In this document: in pieces, positions 10,088-18,851 of the stretch
How positions within the stretch are numbered: position 1 is the first letter of the stretch
Layout: each line of letters begins with the position of its first letter
Assembly (NCBI GenBank): GCA_965662565.1
Contig: CBFIHS010000004.1
Coordinates: 2,511 to 66,510, forward strand
DNA: 64,000 nt
From: Pseudohongiellaceae bacterium
GTDB taxonomy: Bacteria > Pseudomonadota > Gammaproteobacteria > Pseudomonadales > Pseudohongiellaceae
Direction: 5' to 3'
Notes under the pieces: model-generated
The model's database searches: none
Seen by the model: the letters and a program-made list of their open reading frames with translations, nothing else
What the model was told of the DNA's origin: nothing
Made by a program: the position numbers and the translations under genes

Positions 10088-10567
10088 ATGCCTTCGCTTA
10101 TCGAGTTTCCACAGCGCCAACATCAGGAATTCAGGAATTTTGGTTACAAAACAATAGCTGAGTCTTCCAAAATACAAAAACTAAGCATAGAAGACTACAT
10201 AGGCGCTATTTATTACAGCGGGGAAAAACCAGAGCTTCTATCCATCAAGAGTGAAATGCTGGAGACATATAAAAGATTTCAGAATTTAATTGATTCAACT
10301 GTAGACCTTATACCGAATTCGAAATACCTTGAGCCAACAGACAAAGTCTATATTTGCTTTCGAATATATCTCCAGATGATTTGTACAGACAACAAACTGT
10401 TCGCTGATCTTGATTTTGAAAGTTATCCAGAAGGATATCTAGAAAGTGCACTTAATGCTTTTTTTTCTGAAAAACAGAAAGTGCTTAGAACAGATAAGAA
10501 GCAGGAAATAATAAAATACTTGAAAGTAATCAGAGACCTACCTACAGACAGGCAAAACCCTCAGTGA
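10088..10567 (+). CDS. Hypothetical protein, no family recognised
   Basis: 159-aa ORF, the only long ORF in this spacer, convergent with the recombinase gene 35 nt away. No obvious Shine-Dalgarno and no recognisable motif. Confidence 0.5.
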   Translation: MPSLIEFPQRQHQEFRNFGYKTIAESSKIQKLSIEDYIGAIYYSGEKPELLSIKSEMLETYKRFQNLIDSTVDLIPNSKYLEPTDKVYICFRIYLQMICTDNKLFADLDFESYPEGYLESALNAFFSEKQKVLRTDKKQEIIKYLKVIRDLPTDRQNPQ

Positions 10568-10602
10568 CAGACTTGATCGATCCAAGCTGCTTACGCAAAC
10601 AG

Positions 10603-11289
10603 CTAAAGCGCATTGTATTCTTTTTCGTGACGTTTTAGCAGCCTTTGAACCGTTACAAACGAAACTGGAACCATTGGGGTAGAAACTTCAGAAGAGATTA
10701 CACGCAATGACTTGCCGGCTTTTTTCATCTTTATAATCTTCTTAAGTACTTTTTGTTCCATGGGGTTTTCAATCAAGCGACCATTGGAATGAATCATATA
10801 GCCAAAAGGCCTGCTTCCGCCCAAGAATCGCCCTTTGTTACGTTGATTTTGTTTAACCGTTTTGATGCGTTCAGTTGATCGCCTTTTCTCGAGGCTTTTA
10901 AATACTTCAAGTAAGCGATTAAAGTCAGCATTAAAATCAGAGTCGGTAATCTCTCCAGCTAACTCAAGTATAAACAACCTAACCTGTTTCTCTTTGAACA
11001 ACTTTAAAGTCGAGTGCATATCGTCACAGCTGCTGAACATGCGTTCAACTGAGCAGCTTAAAACAATATCTCCAGCTTCCAGTTGGTCAAACAAGCCTTT
11101 TGCACTAGGACGTTTCTTAAACTCAACAGACCATTTAAGGTTGCTGTCCATATAGCTTTTACTGATGCGCATGCCATGACCTAAGGCAAAAGTTTGGAGC
11201 CTCAAATTTTCTTGTTCAAGTTGATGCTCAAAATCATTGGAGTCTTCGCTTTCTACAGTAGTAGTTCGAGTGTAGCTGTATACAGACAT
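10603..11289 (-). CDS. Small serine-recombinase (resolvase/invertase) family protein with substituted catalytic positions
   Basis: 228 aa. N-terminal YSYTRTTTVESE aligns to the Y-x-R-V-S-T-x-x-Q nucleophile motif. GDIVLSCSVERMFSS aligns to GDxLVVxxLDRLxR. Linker RSTERIK...GRFLGGSRPFGY and a C-terminal HTH (GKSLRVIS...VTVQRLLKR) are typical of the family. Confidence 0.8.
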   Translation of the reverse strand: MSVYSYTRTTTVESEDSNDFEHQLEQENLRLQTFALGHGMRISKSYMDSNLKWSVEFKKRPSAKGLFDQLEAGDIVLSCSVERMFSSCDDMHSTLKLFKEKQVRLFILELAGEITDSDFNADFNRLLEVFKSLEKRRSTERIKTVKQNQRNKGRFLGGSRPFGYMIHSNGRLIENPMEQKVLKKIIKMKKAGKSLRVISSEVSTPMVPVSFVTVQRLLKRHEKEYNAL

Positions 11290-11572
11290 GCTAAATTCCT
11301 TAGTACATTTTGCTTATCAGGCGGCCTTTTAGTGCACTGAAGTTCATTATCAAAAGTATTAAATGGCTCTACGCAGAAAGAAGAACACGAGGAATTACTG
11401 TGTAGTGTTGTGTCTCTGTTTAAGCAAGAAAGTGTTTTTTACCATTCTAAGTCGAGCTTTGCAAGCTAAATGCATGAATTACAAGATAAAATACGGAAAA
11501 ATTAGATTAAAGCTTACGTTGATGGCTAAAACAAAGCGTAATAATAGGAAGAATAAGACTGAAAGGATTGCT

Positions 11573-11612
11573 AAAAAACAGCCCTAGTTACCACTAAGTG
11601 ATCCAGAGCTGT
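11573..11612 (-). terminator. Possible rho-independent terminator after nuoN
   Basis: Minus sense reads ACAGCTCT-(19 nt)-AGGGCTGT followed by TTTTTT. The 8-bp stem contains one G-U pair. The large loop makes it weak. Confidence 0.35.
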
Positions 11613-11623
11613 CTTGGAATATA

Positions 11624-13090
11624 TTAAAAGCTGCTTGCGAGACTTTGAAGAATATCAATCATTGGCATTGGATAAACACCAAGATAAATAACAATGGCAG
11701 TCATACTAGCTAGAACAGCGTTTGTACCAAAAGGAATCGCCGCTAAAGCTGGATCATCTTTGATTGCTCCTTCTACAGGCTGCAACATTATGTAAATAAG
11801 CCGCAGATAGTAATAAAGCCCAATCGCACTACCCACAATTAGCATAGTCAATAAGAACCATAAAGAACCTTCAACACCATTGGTAAACACATAGAACTTG
11901 CCAATAAAGCCAGCAGTTAGAGGAATACCTGCTAGAGATAAAAGAACTGTAATCATTACAGCTGATAGCCAAGGGTTGCGCCAGAAAAGACCTTGATAGT
12001 CTGAAATCATATCTAGTTCTTTATCGCTATTCGATAGAGCGCTTATCACAGCAAAGCCACCTAGAGACATAATGAAATAAGCAGCAACATAGAAGCCCAT
12101 GCTTTCAACGCTGAGCATGGCTGGAATAGTTGCACCAGCAATGATAACGATTACTAAGTAACCTAGATGCGCAATCGATGAGTAAGCAAATAAACGTTTT
12201 ACATTATTCTGCATAAGCGCGAGTAAGTTACCAATTATCATAGAAGCTGCAGCCATCACTGTTAAAACTAATATTAAGGCTTCTAAATTGAAGGCATCAG
12301 CAACTAATAATAAGCGTAGTGTAACTGCCAACATAGCTGCCTTTGAAACAGTTGCTAAATAAGCTGTTACAGGAACAGGCGCGCCTTCATAAACATCTGG
12401 AGTCCAAATATGGAAAGGAACAAGAGAAAGTTTAAATGCCACACCTGAAACAATTAAAAGCATACCTGTAATTAATAATGGGCTATTCGCAAGGTCCTGT
12501 GCATCTACTGCTAAAGATATGTCAGTGAAGAACATTGTTCCGGTTAAGGCATAGATTAGAGCGATGCCAAACAACATTAATCCAGAGGCTAATCCGGACA
12601 TGATTAGGTATTTAAGAGCCGCTTCTATAGGGAATTTAGCCGTAGCATTTGAATGGACTGGGTAAGCAACCATGGCGTATAAGCTAACCCCTAGCATTTC
12701 CATGCCAATGAAAAAGCTTACAAAGTGCGAACTGCAGGCCAGTACAACGGCGCCAACAGTGCCAGTAAGGAGCAAAATATAGAACTCTTCATTTAAGTCG
12801 TGGTGTTTTTCAAAATATGGGTAAGCGAGAATGCTGACAACCAGTGCACCAAGTATGATCAAGCAGGAGAAAAATAAGCTGTATTCGTCCATGTAAAGTA
12901 AGGGGGTGACCTGCAGTGGCAACACTGGATCAACAAATACAAAAACCAGTAAAGACGCAGCTAAACCAACTGTAGTCAGCACGTTCACTAAACCATGCTC
13001 ACGTTTGAATCCGGCAACGAGCATAACGCCAACCGTAGTTAGCGTTAGCATAATAATTTGCAGTAAATCTATAAGAATATCAGCACTCAT
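11624..13090 (-). CDS. nuoN: NADH-quinone oxidoreductase subunit N
   Basis: 488-aa polytopic antiporter-like subunit, last gene of the nuo order. Confidence 0.93.
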   Translation of the reverse strand: MSADILIDLLQIIMLTLTTVGVMLVAGFKREHGLVNVLTTVGLAASLLVFVFVDPVLPLQVTPLLYMDEYSLFFSCLIILGALVVSILAYPYFEKHHDLNEEFYILLLTGTVGAVVLACSSHFVSFFIGMEMLGVSLYAMVAYPVHSNATAKFPIEAALKYLIMSGLASGLMLFGIALIYALTGTMFFTDISLAVDAQDLANSPLLITGMLLIVSGVAFKLSLVPFHIWTPDVYEGAPVPVTAYLATVSKAAMLAVTLRLLLVADAFNLEALILVLTVMAAASMIIGNLLALMQNNVKRLFAYSSIAHLGYLVIVIIAGATIPAMLSVESMGFYVAAYFIMSLGGFAVISALSNSDKELDMISDYQGLFWRNPWLSAVMITVLLSLAGIPLTAGFIGKFYVFTNGVEGSLWFLLTMLIVGSAIGLYYYLRLIYIMLQPVEGAIKDDPALAAIPFGTNAVLASMTAIVIYLGVYPMPMIDILQSLASSF

Positions 13091-13118
13091 ATAACTTGTC
13101 GGTTACCTTCTCTTCTTC

Positions 13119-14606
13119 TTAAGGGAAAACTACACCAAGACTTCTCAGTGTTGGTTCAGCCATATCTAACATGGTTTGAGGGTACAAACCCATCCACAAC
13201 AAACCAATCATCATTAATGAGAAACATGTCATTTCTATAAAGGTAAGATCGGCAAACTCGTAATTATTTTTGTTTTCACCATGGAAAACTTTCTGGATAA
13301 CTATTAGTGAATACACTGCAGCAACAACAAGACCTAAAGATGCAAAAACGGTCGTGGTTATACTGACTTTAAAACTGCCCAGAAGCACAAGGAATTCACC
13401 AATAAAGTTACCTAGGCCTGGCATTCCAACCGCGGCCACTGTAAAAAATAAAGCCATGAATGACATCTTAGGAGCTACGCCCCAAAAACCACCCATCTTA
13501 TCCATGTCACGTGTATGTATGCGATGCTGTAAGCCACCAGCAAGCATAAATAATGCAGCAGCACTGAAACCATGAGCAAGCATAGTCATTACAGCACCTT
13601 GAACGCCTTGAGCGTTCCAGGCATAAACACCTAGCAATACAAAGCCCATATGACTGACCGAGGTATAAGCAATCAAGCGTTTCAAGTCGTTTTGAGCAAA
13701 AGCTACTTTAGCGGTATACAGAATACTAACCACTCCGAGTGTCATCGCAAAAGGAGTAAATGTAAGCGATGCATCTGGAAACAAAGGAATAGTAAAGCGC
13801 AGCAATCCATACGCACCTGTCTTCAAAAGAATACCGGCAAGAATCACTGAGCCTGCTGTCGGTGCTTGTGAATGCGCATCAGGTAACCAGTTATGTACTG
13901 GAAATACTGGCAGCTTAGTAGCAAAGGCAATGAAAAAGCCTAGCATCACCAACATGACAAATTCTTCAGGTATGTCGGCTCCGAGTAAATCAAAATAGCT
14001 AAAGCTAATGATTTCAGTACTTTGATAATTCAGGAATACCAATACCAAAATCGAAAGTAACATCAGCAAACCCGTAACCTGGGTAAATATGAAAAATTTC
14101 ATTGCGGCATATTCTTTGTTTTCATGTCCCCAGATAGCGATGATGAAATACATCGGAATCAACATGACTTCCCAGAAGAAAAAGAACAAGAATAAATCTA
14201 GAGCAGTAAAGACCCCTATTACACCAGCCAAGGTCCACAATAAATTAAAATAGAAAAAACCAGATCTTTCTTTAATTTCATGCCAAGCAGAACCGAGAGC
14301 AATCAAACCAAGGAATACTGTCAGAGCAATTAATAAAAGTGACAAGCCGTCAGCAGCAAAGATAAAGCTAACGCCAAAACGAGGAATCCAGTCTGCTTCA
14401 AACAGCACTAACCATTCACCGTGACCATTATCGATAGGAGTTAATCCCAGACTATCCGGAGTTAGCAGCATCATGATCACCAATGCCAAATCCAAAAGGA
14501 TCGCAACCAAAGCAATAACACGCGGCACATCCGAACCCCTAGATTCTGATAGCCAAGCTCCAATACCGCCGACAAAAAGAATCAGCATCAACCAAACTAG
14601 TATCAT
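13119..14606 (-). CDS. nuoM: NADH-quinone oxidoreductase subunit M
   Basis: 495-aa antiporter-like subunit between nuoL and nuoN. Confidence 0.93.
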   Translation of the reverse strand: MILVWLMLILFVGGIGAWLSESRGSDVPRVIALVAILLDLALVIMMLLTPDSLGLTPIDNGHGEWLVLFEADWIPRFGVSFIFAADGLSLLLIALTVFLGLIALGSAWHEIKERSGFFYFNLLWTLAGVIGVFTALDLFLFFFFWEVMLIPMYFIIAIWGHENKEYAAMKFFIFTQVTGLLMLLSILVLVFLNYQSTEIISFSYFDLLGADIPEEFVMLVMLGFFIAFATKLPVFPVHNWLPDAHSQAPTAGSVILAGILLKTGAYGLLRFTIPLFPDASLTFTPFAMTLGVVSILYTAKVAFAQNDLKRLIAYTSVSHMGFVLLGVYAWNAQGVQGAVMTMLAHGFSAAALFMLAGGLQHRIHTRDMDKMGGFWGVAPKMSFMALFFTVAAVGMPGLGNFIGEFLVLLGSFKVSITTTVFASLGLVVAAVYSLIVIQKVFHGENKNNYEFADLTFIEMTCFSLMMIGLLWMGLYPQTMLDMAEPTLRSLGVVFP

Positions 14607-16450
14607 GCGAAAACTCCTATGCTTACTACGAGAAGCACACCGCAGGCCATACTTATAGCGTACCAGCGTAACTGACCTGTCTGAGTCTCACTAACCACTG
14701 TATGGCAATAGCGGGTTAAACTTGCAATGCCGTTATAAATACTGTCGATAATATCTTTCTTATTCAGTTTCGCTAATCCTGTGTAAGGGAATACGAATAA
14801 ACGTTCATACAACCAGTCCATCCCCCATTGTGTGTAGAAGAAGCGATGTAATTTGGCTCCAAAACTTGAGGTAGAAAGCTTCTCAACATCAACAACTTTT
14901 TGTTTAATGAAAATCAGATAAGCCAATAACACGCCTAATAATGGCACTCCGATCATTATGGCCTGATAAAACAAAGAGACATGATGCTCTTCATGAGCGT
15001 GGAACACTTCTTCAACAGGTATATGAATAAAACCTCCAATCAAAGAAAGAATGGCCAGTGCAACAAGAGGTCCTTGAAGATGTAAGCCTATTACTTCATG
15101 TCCATCATGAGTTTTCTTGCCATAGAAAACCAAGAAATAAAGTCTGAAGCTATAAAGACCAGTCATGAATGCTCCAGCTACACCACCTAACCAAAGTAGA
15201 TAACCGCCATGCTCATTGGTTAAAGCGCTAGCAAGAATCTCTTCCTTACTCCAGAAACCTGAAGTTGGGAAAATAGCGACAAGTGCTATTGTGCCAATTA
15301 AGAACAAGGCATGGCTCCATGGTAAGTCCTTACGTAAACCTCCCATCTTGAAAATATCCTGCTCGTGATGCATTGCAAGAATGATCGAACCAGCTGTTAA
15401 GAACAGTAAAGCCTTAAAGAAAGCGTGTGTCATTAAATGGAAGATAGCAGAACTGTATGCTCCTACGCCTAAAGCAAGGAACATATACCCAATCTGGCTT
15501 ACGGTAGAGAACGCCAAAACTTTTTTGATGTCGTTTTGAACTAGTGCTGTAAAGCCAGCCATTATCAAAGTGATCATTCCAATCACGCCAACCAAATATT
15601 GCACGCTTGGAGCTAACTCATAGAGAATATGAGTACGTGCAATCAAATAAACACCAGCAGTTACCATAGTAGCAGCATGGATTAAAGCTGAGATTGGTGT
15701 CGGACCCGCCATCGCATCTGGCAACCATGTTTGCAGTGGTAATTGAGCAGATTTACCAACAGCACCACCAAGAAGTAATAAAGTAACCGCGATAGCAATA
15801 CCAGAACCAACGGCCCATTCTTCTTCAGCAAGAACCATTAATTCCTGTATGTTCAGTGTTCCTAAGCTGGCAAAAAGTAAGAACAAGCCTAAAGCCATAG
15901 AGGCATCACCGACACGAGTCACAACGAAAGCTTTGCGAGCACAATAGCCGTTATAAGGATCTTTAAACCAGAAGCCGATTAGAAGATACGAACACAAACC
16001 TACTCCTTCCCAGCCCATAAATAACAGCAACAAGTTGTCTGCTAGAACCAAAATCAACATCGCAGCAACAAAGAGGTTCATGTAGGCAAAGAAACGCGCA
16101 AAGCTTGGGTCATCGTGCATATAACCTGTGGCATAAACATGAATCAAAAAGCCTATACCCGTAATGATGAACATCATTACTAAAGACACACCATCAAGAT
16201 AAAGTGTAAAACCAACATCGAAAGAACCTACGGACATCCAAGTCCATAAATTTTGAGAATATGAACTAACGCCTGCTTCAGACATGGCCATAAAATCAAG
16301 GCCAGCAAAGATTGCTACTAGGAAAGCAAGACCTATAGATCCAGCACCAACTATGGCAGCTGGTAGTTCAGGTAATTTTCCACAGCTAAAAGTCAGAATT
16401 AAAAATCCGATTACTGGAATAGTTGGGACCAACCAAAGTAATTCAATCAT
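14603..16450 (-). CDS. nuoL: NADH-quinone oxidoreductase subunit L
   Basis: 615-aa antiporter-like subunit with the C-terminal lateral-helix extension. 4-nt overlap with nuoM. Confidence 0.93.
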   Translation of the reverse strand: MIELLWLVPTIPVIGFLILTFSCGKLPELPAAIVGAGSIGLAFLVAIFAGLDFMAMSEAGVSSYSQNLWTWMSVGSFDVGFTLYLDGVSLVMMFIITGIGFLIHVYATGYMHDDPSFARFFAYMNLFVAAMLILVLADNLLLLFMGWEGVGLCSYLLIGFWFKDPYNGYCARKAFVVTRVGDASMALGLFLLFASLGTLNIQELMVLAEEEWAVGSGIAIAVTLLLLGGAVGKSAQLPLQTWLPDAMAGPTPISALIHAATMVTAGVYLIARTHILYELAPSVQYLVGVIGMITLIMAGFTALVQNDIKKVLAFSTVSQIGYMFLALGVGAYSSAIFHLMTHAFFKALLFLTAGSIILAMHHEQDIFKMGGLRKDLPWSHALFLIGTIALVAIFPTSGFWSKEEILASALTNEHGGYLLWLGGVAGAFMTGLYSFRLYFLVFYGKKTHDGHEVIGLHLQGPLVALAILSLIGGFIHIPVEEVFHAHEEHHVSLFYQAIMIGVPLLGVLLAYLIFIKQKVVDVEKLSTSSFGAKLHRFFYTQWGMDWLYERLFVFPYTGLAKLNKKDIIDSIYNGIASLTRYCHTVVSETQTGQLRWYAISMACGVLLVVSIGVFA

Positions 16451-16462
16451 GCTTTCCCTTAC

Positions 16463-16783
16463 CTACCCTTTCATTTTATTCAAAGTATTCAGATCAAGTG
16501 TTTTATGCTTGTTATAAAGCTGTAACACCAGACCTAAACCAATAGCTACCTCAGCGGCGGCTAGGCTTAAAATCATTAAAAACATAATCTGCCCGTCAGC
16601 TTCACCCCAACGAGACGCGCCAACTATAAAAGCAAGGCCTGCTGCATTGAGCATAATTTCAAGAGACATTAAGACAAATAATAGATTTCGTCTTGTAAGA
16701 ACGCCTACTAGACCGAGCATAAAGAGGATAGCTGCGAGGATTAGACCGTGCTGCATTGGAATTTCTTGCATCATGACCGTCAT
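16463..16783 (-). CDS. nuoK: NADH-quinone oxidoreductase subunit K
   Basis: About 100-aa three-TM protein (...[26 protein letters not shown]...). The start may be a few codons internal. Confidence 0.9.
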   Translation of the reverse strand: MTVMMQEIPMQHGLILAAILFMLGLVGVLTRRNLLFVLMSLEIMLNAAGLAFIVGASRWGEADGQIMFLMILSLAAAEVAIGLGLVLQLYNKHKTLDLNTLNKMKG

Positions 16784-16785
16784 AC

Positions 16786-17268
16786 TTATTTCCTCGCCAA
16801 ATGGAAAGCGCCAACTAAACCAGCTAGCAGTAACATTGAGGCCAGTTCAACCGCCAATACATAAGGTCCGAAGAGCTGAATACCAACTTCTTTAGCTTCA
16901 ACCATCGTATGGGCCATCGTGGCTTCAGTCATGTTTATGCCTACCAACATTTCAATCAATAGGATCGCTGCCAAAATCCCAGGGCCTATCCAAATACTAG
17001 GAGTTAGCCAAGACTTCTCTTCATCAATAGTAGTCTTACCTACATTCAGCATCATCATGACAAACAAGAACATGACCATTATTGCGCCGGCATAAACGAT
17101 TACCTCTAGAGCTGCTGCCATCGGAGCACCTAAGGTATAAAAGATTACAGCCACAGATAGTAAAGACACTATGAAATATAACAATGCATGGACAATATTA
17201 ACGCGAGTGATAACCATTAAAGTCGACAACAAGGCGACGAGGCCTGAAGCGTAAAAAAGTATGCTCAT
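16786..17268 (-). CDS. nuoJ: NADH-quinone oxidoreductase subunit J
   Basis: 160-aa membrane subunit in the canonical position. Confidence 0.9.
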   Translation of the reverse strand: MSILFYASGLVALLSTLMVITRVNIVHALLYFIVSLLSVAVIFYTLGAPMAAALEVIVYAGAIMVMFLFVMMMLNVGKTTIDEEKSWLTPSIWIGPGILAAILLIEMLVGINMTEATMAHTMVEAKEVGIQLFGPYVLAVELASMLLLAGLVGAFHLARK

Positions 17269-17813
17269 GGCAGTAGGCTCCTTCTATCTGTTGGAGGCAG
17301 TTCATTCTGAGCTTCCCCTTTTCCTTTACCGCCAATAGATTTACCAGCTACTTTATAGAAGTTGTAATCGTGGTACTTACCAGTTCCGTTGATCAACATG
17401 TGTTCTTTTTCCCAAACCATGTCTTGGCGAACATACTCTGCCATTTCAAAATCCGGGGTAAGCTGAATAGCGTGAGTAGGACATGCCTCTTCACAGAAAC
17501 CACACATAATGCAGCGTGAAAAGTTAATTCGGAAAAATTCAGGATACCAGCGCCCTTCTTCATCTTCCGTTTTTTGTAAAGCAATACAATCTACTGGGCA
17601 AGCAACCGCACATAAATTACAAGCAACACAGCGCTCTTCGCCATCTGGATCGCGAGTCAATATGATGCGCCCACGCCAGCGAGGAAACATATATGGCTTA
17701 ACATCCGGATACTCTACAGTATCGGCTTTATTAAAGAGATGCAGAAACACTAACCACAGAGTGACTAGTTGTGTCCAAATAACATGTATCTGCTTACCGA
17801 TTGCGCTGAACAT
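17265..17813 (-). CDS. nuoI: NADH-quinone oxidoreductase subunit I
   Basis: Two 4Fe-4S ferredoxin motifs, [12 protein letters not shown] and [12 protein letters not shown]. Confidence 0.94.
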   Translation of the reverse strand: MFSAIGKQIHVIWTQLVTLWLVFLHLFNKADTVEYPDVKPYMFPRWRGRIILTRDPDGEERCVACNLCAVACPVDCIALQKTEDEEGRWYPEFFRINFSRCIMCGFCEEACPTHAIQLTPDFEMAEYVRQDMVWEKEHMLINGTGKYHDYNFYKVAGKSIGGKGKGEAQNELPPTDRRSLLP

Positions 17814-17867
17814 TTACTTTATTTCTCCACTTGTCTCATCGAACTATCTTCCACTCTTTCACCAGAC

Positions 17868-18851
17868 CTAGCCAGCTTGATAAAGAACGACGGCTCCGGT
17901 AATTAATAAATTGATTAAAGCCAGTGGCAACATCACTAACCAACCATAATTCATAAACTGGTCATATCGAGGTCTAACTAAAGCAGCTCGAACCAATACA
18001 AAAAACAACAGGAAGAAGGTCGTCTTAAGTCCCATCCAAAATAAACCAGAGATAATTTCATTACCAAACTCCAGTCCAAAAGGAGCCAACCATCCACCAA
18101 AAAATAATACAGGGATCAGTGCAGCCATAACGACCATACCAATGTACTCACCAATCATGAATAATCCGAACTTCATACCTGAGTATTCAGTGTTATAGCC
18201 TGAAATAATTTCTGACTCACCCTCTGGCAAGTCAAAAGGCCAGCGGTGAGATTCTGCGATTGCAGCTACCATGAAAACGATAAACCCAAAGAACTGAGGT
18301 AAGACAAACCAGCCGTCTGCTTGGGCTTCTACAATTTCTCGCAAAGTAAAACTGTCTGAAAGGATAACGATGCCGAGCACTGAAATCCCCATGAATACCT
18401 CATAGGAAATCATCTGACCTGCTCCACGCAGTGCACCCAGCAAAGAGAATTTATTATTGGAAGCTAAACCACCTAACATAGTTGAATAGGAAGCTAGGCC
18501 GGCCATACCAAAAATCCATAATAAGCCAATATTTAAATCAATGACTCCTATTCCTGGAGCAAACGGAATCATTGCTAAGCTCAGCAACATTACCGTTGGA
18601 ATAATCATTGGTGCAGCGACAAAAGTGAACTTATCTGAGAATGGTGGAATCCAGTCTTCCTTCATCAACATCTTGACGGCATCAGCGATAACCTGAAAGA
18701 TTCCAAATGGCCCTACGCGGTTTGGGCCTAAGCGATCAGACCAGAAGCCTAGGAAACGTCTTTCAACCCAGATCATCATTACCGAGACGCCCATGCCTAC
18801 TGCAAAGATAAGGACTAAATTGAGTATTGAGCCGACTTCAAAACTAAACAT
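17868..18851 (-). CDS. nuoH: NADH-quinone oxidoreductase subunit H
   Basis: 327-aa polytopic subunit. TAATG overlap with the nuoG stop. Confidence 0.93.
   Translation of the reverse strand: MFSFEVGSILNLVLIFAVGMGVSVMMIWVERRFLGFWSDRLGPNRVGPFGIFQVIADAVKMLMKEDWIPPFSDKFTFVAAPMIIPTVMLLSLAMIPFAPGIGVIDLNIGLLWIFGMAGLASYSTMLGGLASNNKFSLLGALRGAGQMISYEVFMGISVLGIVILSDSFTLREIVEAQADGWFVLPQFFGFIVFMVAAIAESHRWPFDLPEGESEIISGYNTEYSGMKFGLFMIGEYIGMVVMAALIPVLFFGGWLAPFGLEFGNEIISGLFWMGLKTTFFLLFFVLVRAALVRPRYDQFMNYGWLVMLPLALINLLITGAVVLYQAG

Larger units (their letters stand above)
10070..11370. mobile_element. Possible remnant of a small integrated element (orphan ORF + serine-recombinase-like gene) bounded by a 12/13-nt direct repeat
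   Basis: ATTAATTGGCTCT at 10070-10082 and ATTAAATGGCTCT at 11358-11370 bracket exactly the two non-housekeeping genes that lie between lolC and nuoN. Confidence 0.3.

Noticed and set aside
9941-10177. 78-aa minus-strand ORF between lolC and the orphan ORF.
   Set aside because: It overlaps the start of the 10088-10567 ORF and the likely lolC promoter region. It has odd composition (Phe/Tyr/Ile-rich), no ribosome-binding site and no recognisable family.
10560-10605. Imperfect palindrome AGACTTGATCGATCCAAGCT between the convergent orphan ORF and the recombinase gene, as a bidirectional terminator or recombination site.
   Set aside because: The stem needs a bulge, is only about 6 bp, and has no flanking T tracts. 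I found no matching inverted copy elsewhere that would define an invertible segment.
11363-11587. 74-aa very basic plus-strand ORF upstream of the recombinase gene.
   Set aside because: The Lys/Arg/Asn-rich sequence is what A-rich spacer DNA translates to. It overlaps the putative nuoN terminator and has no supporting signals.
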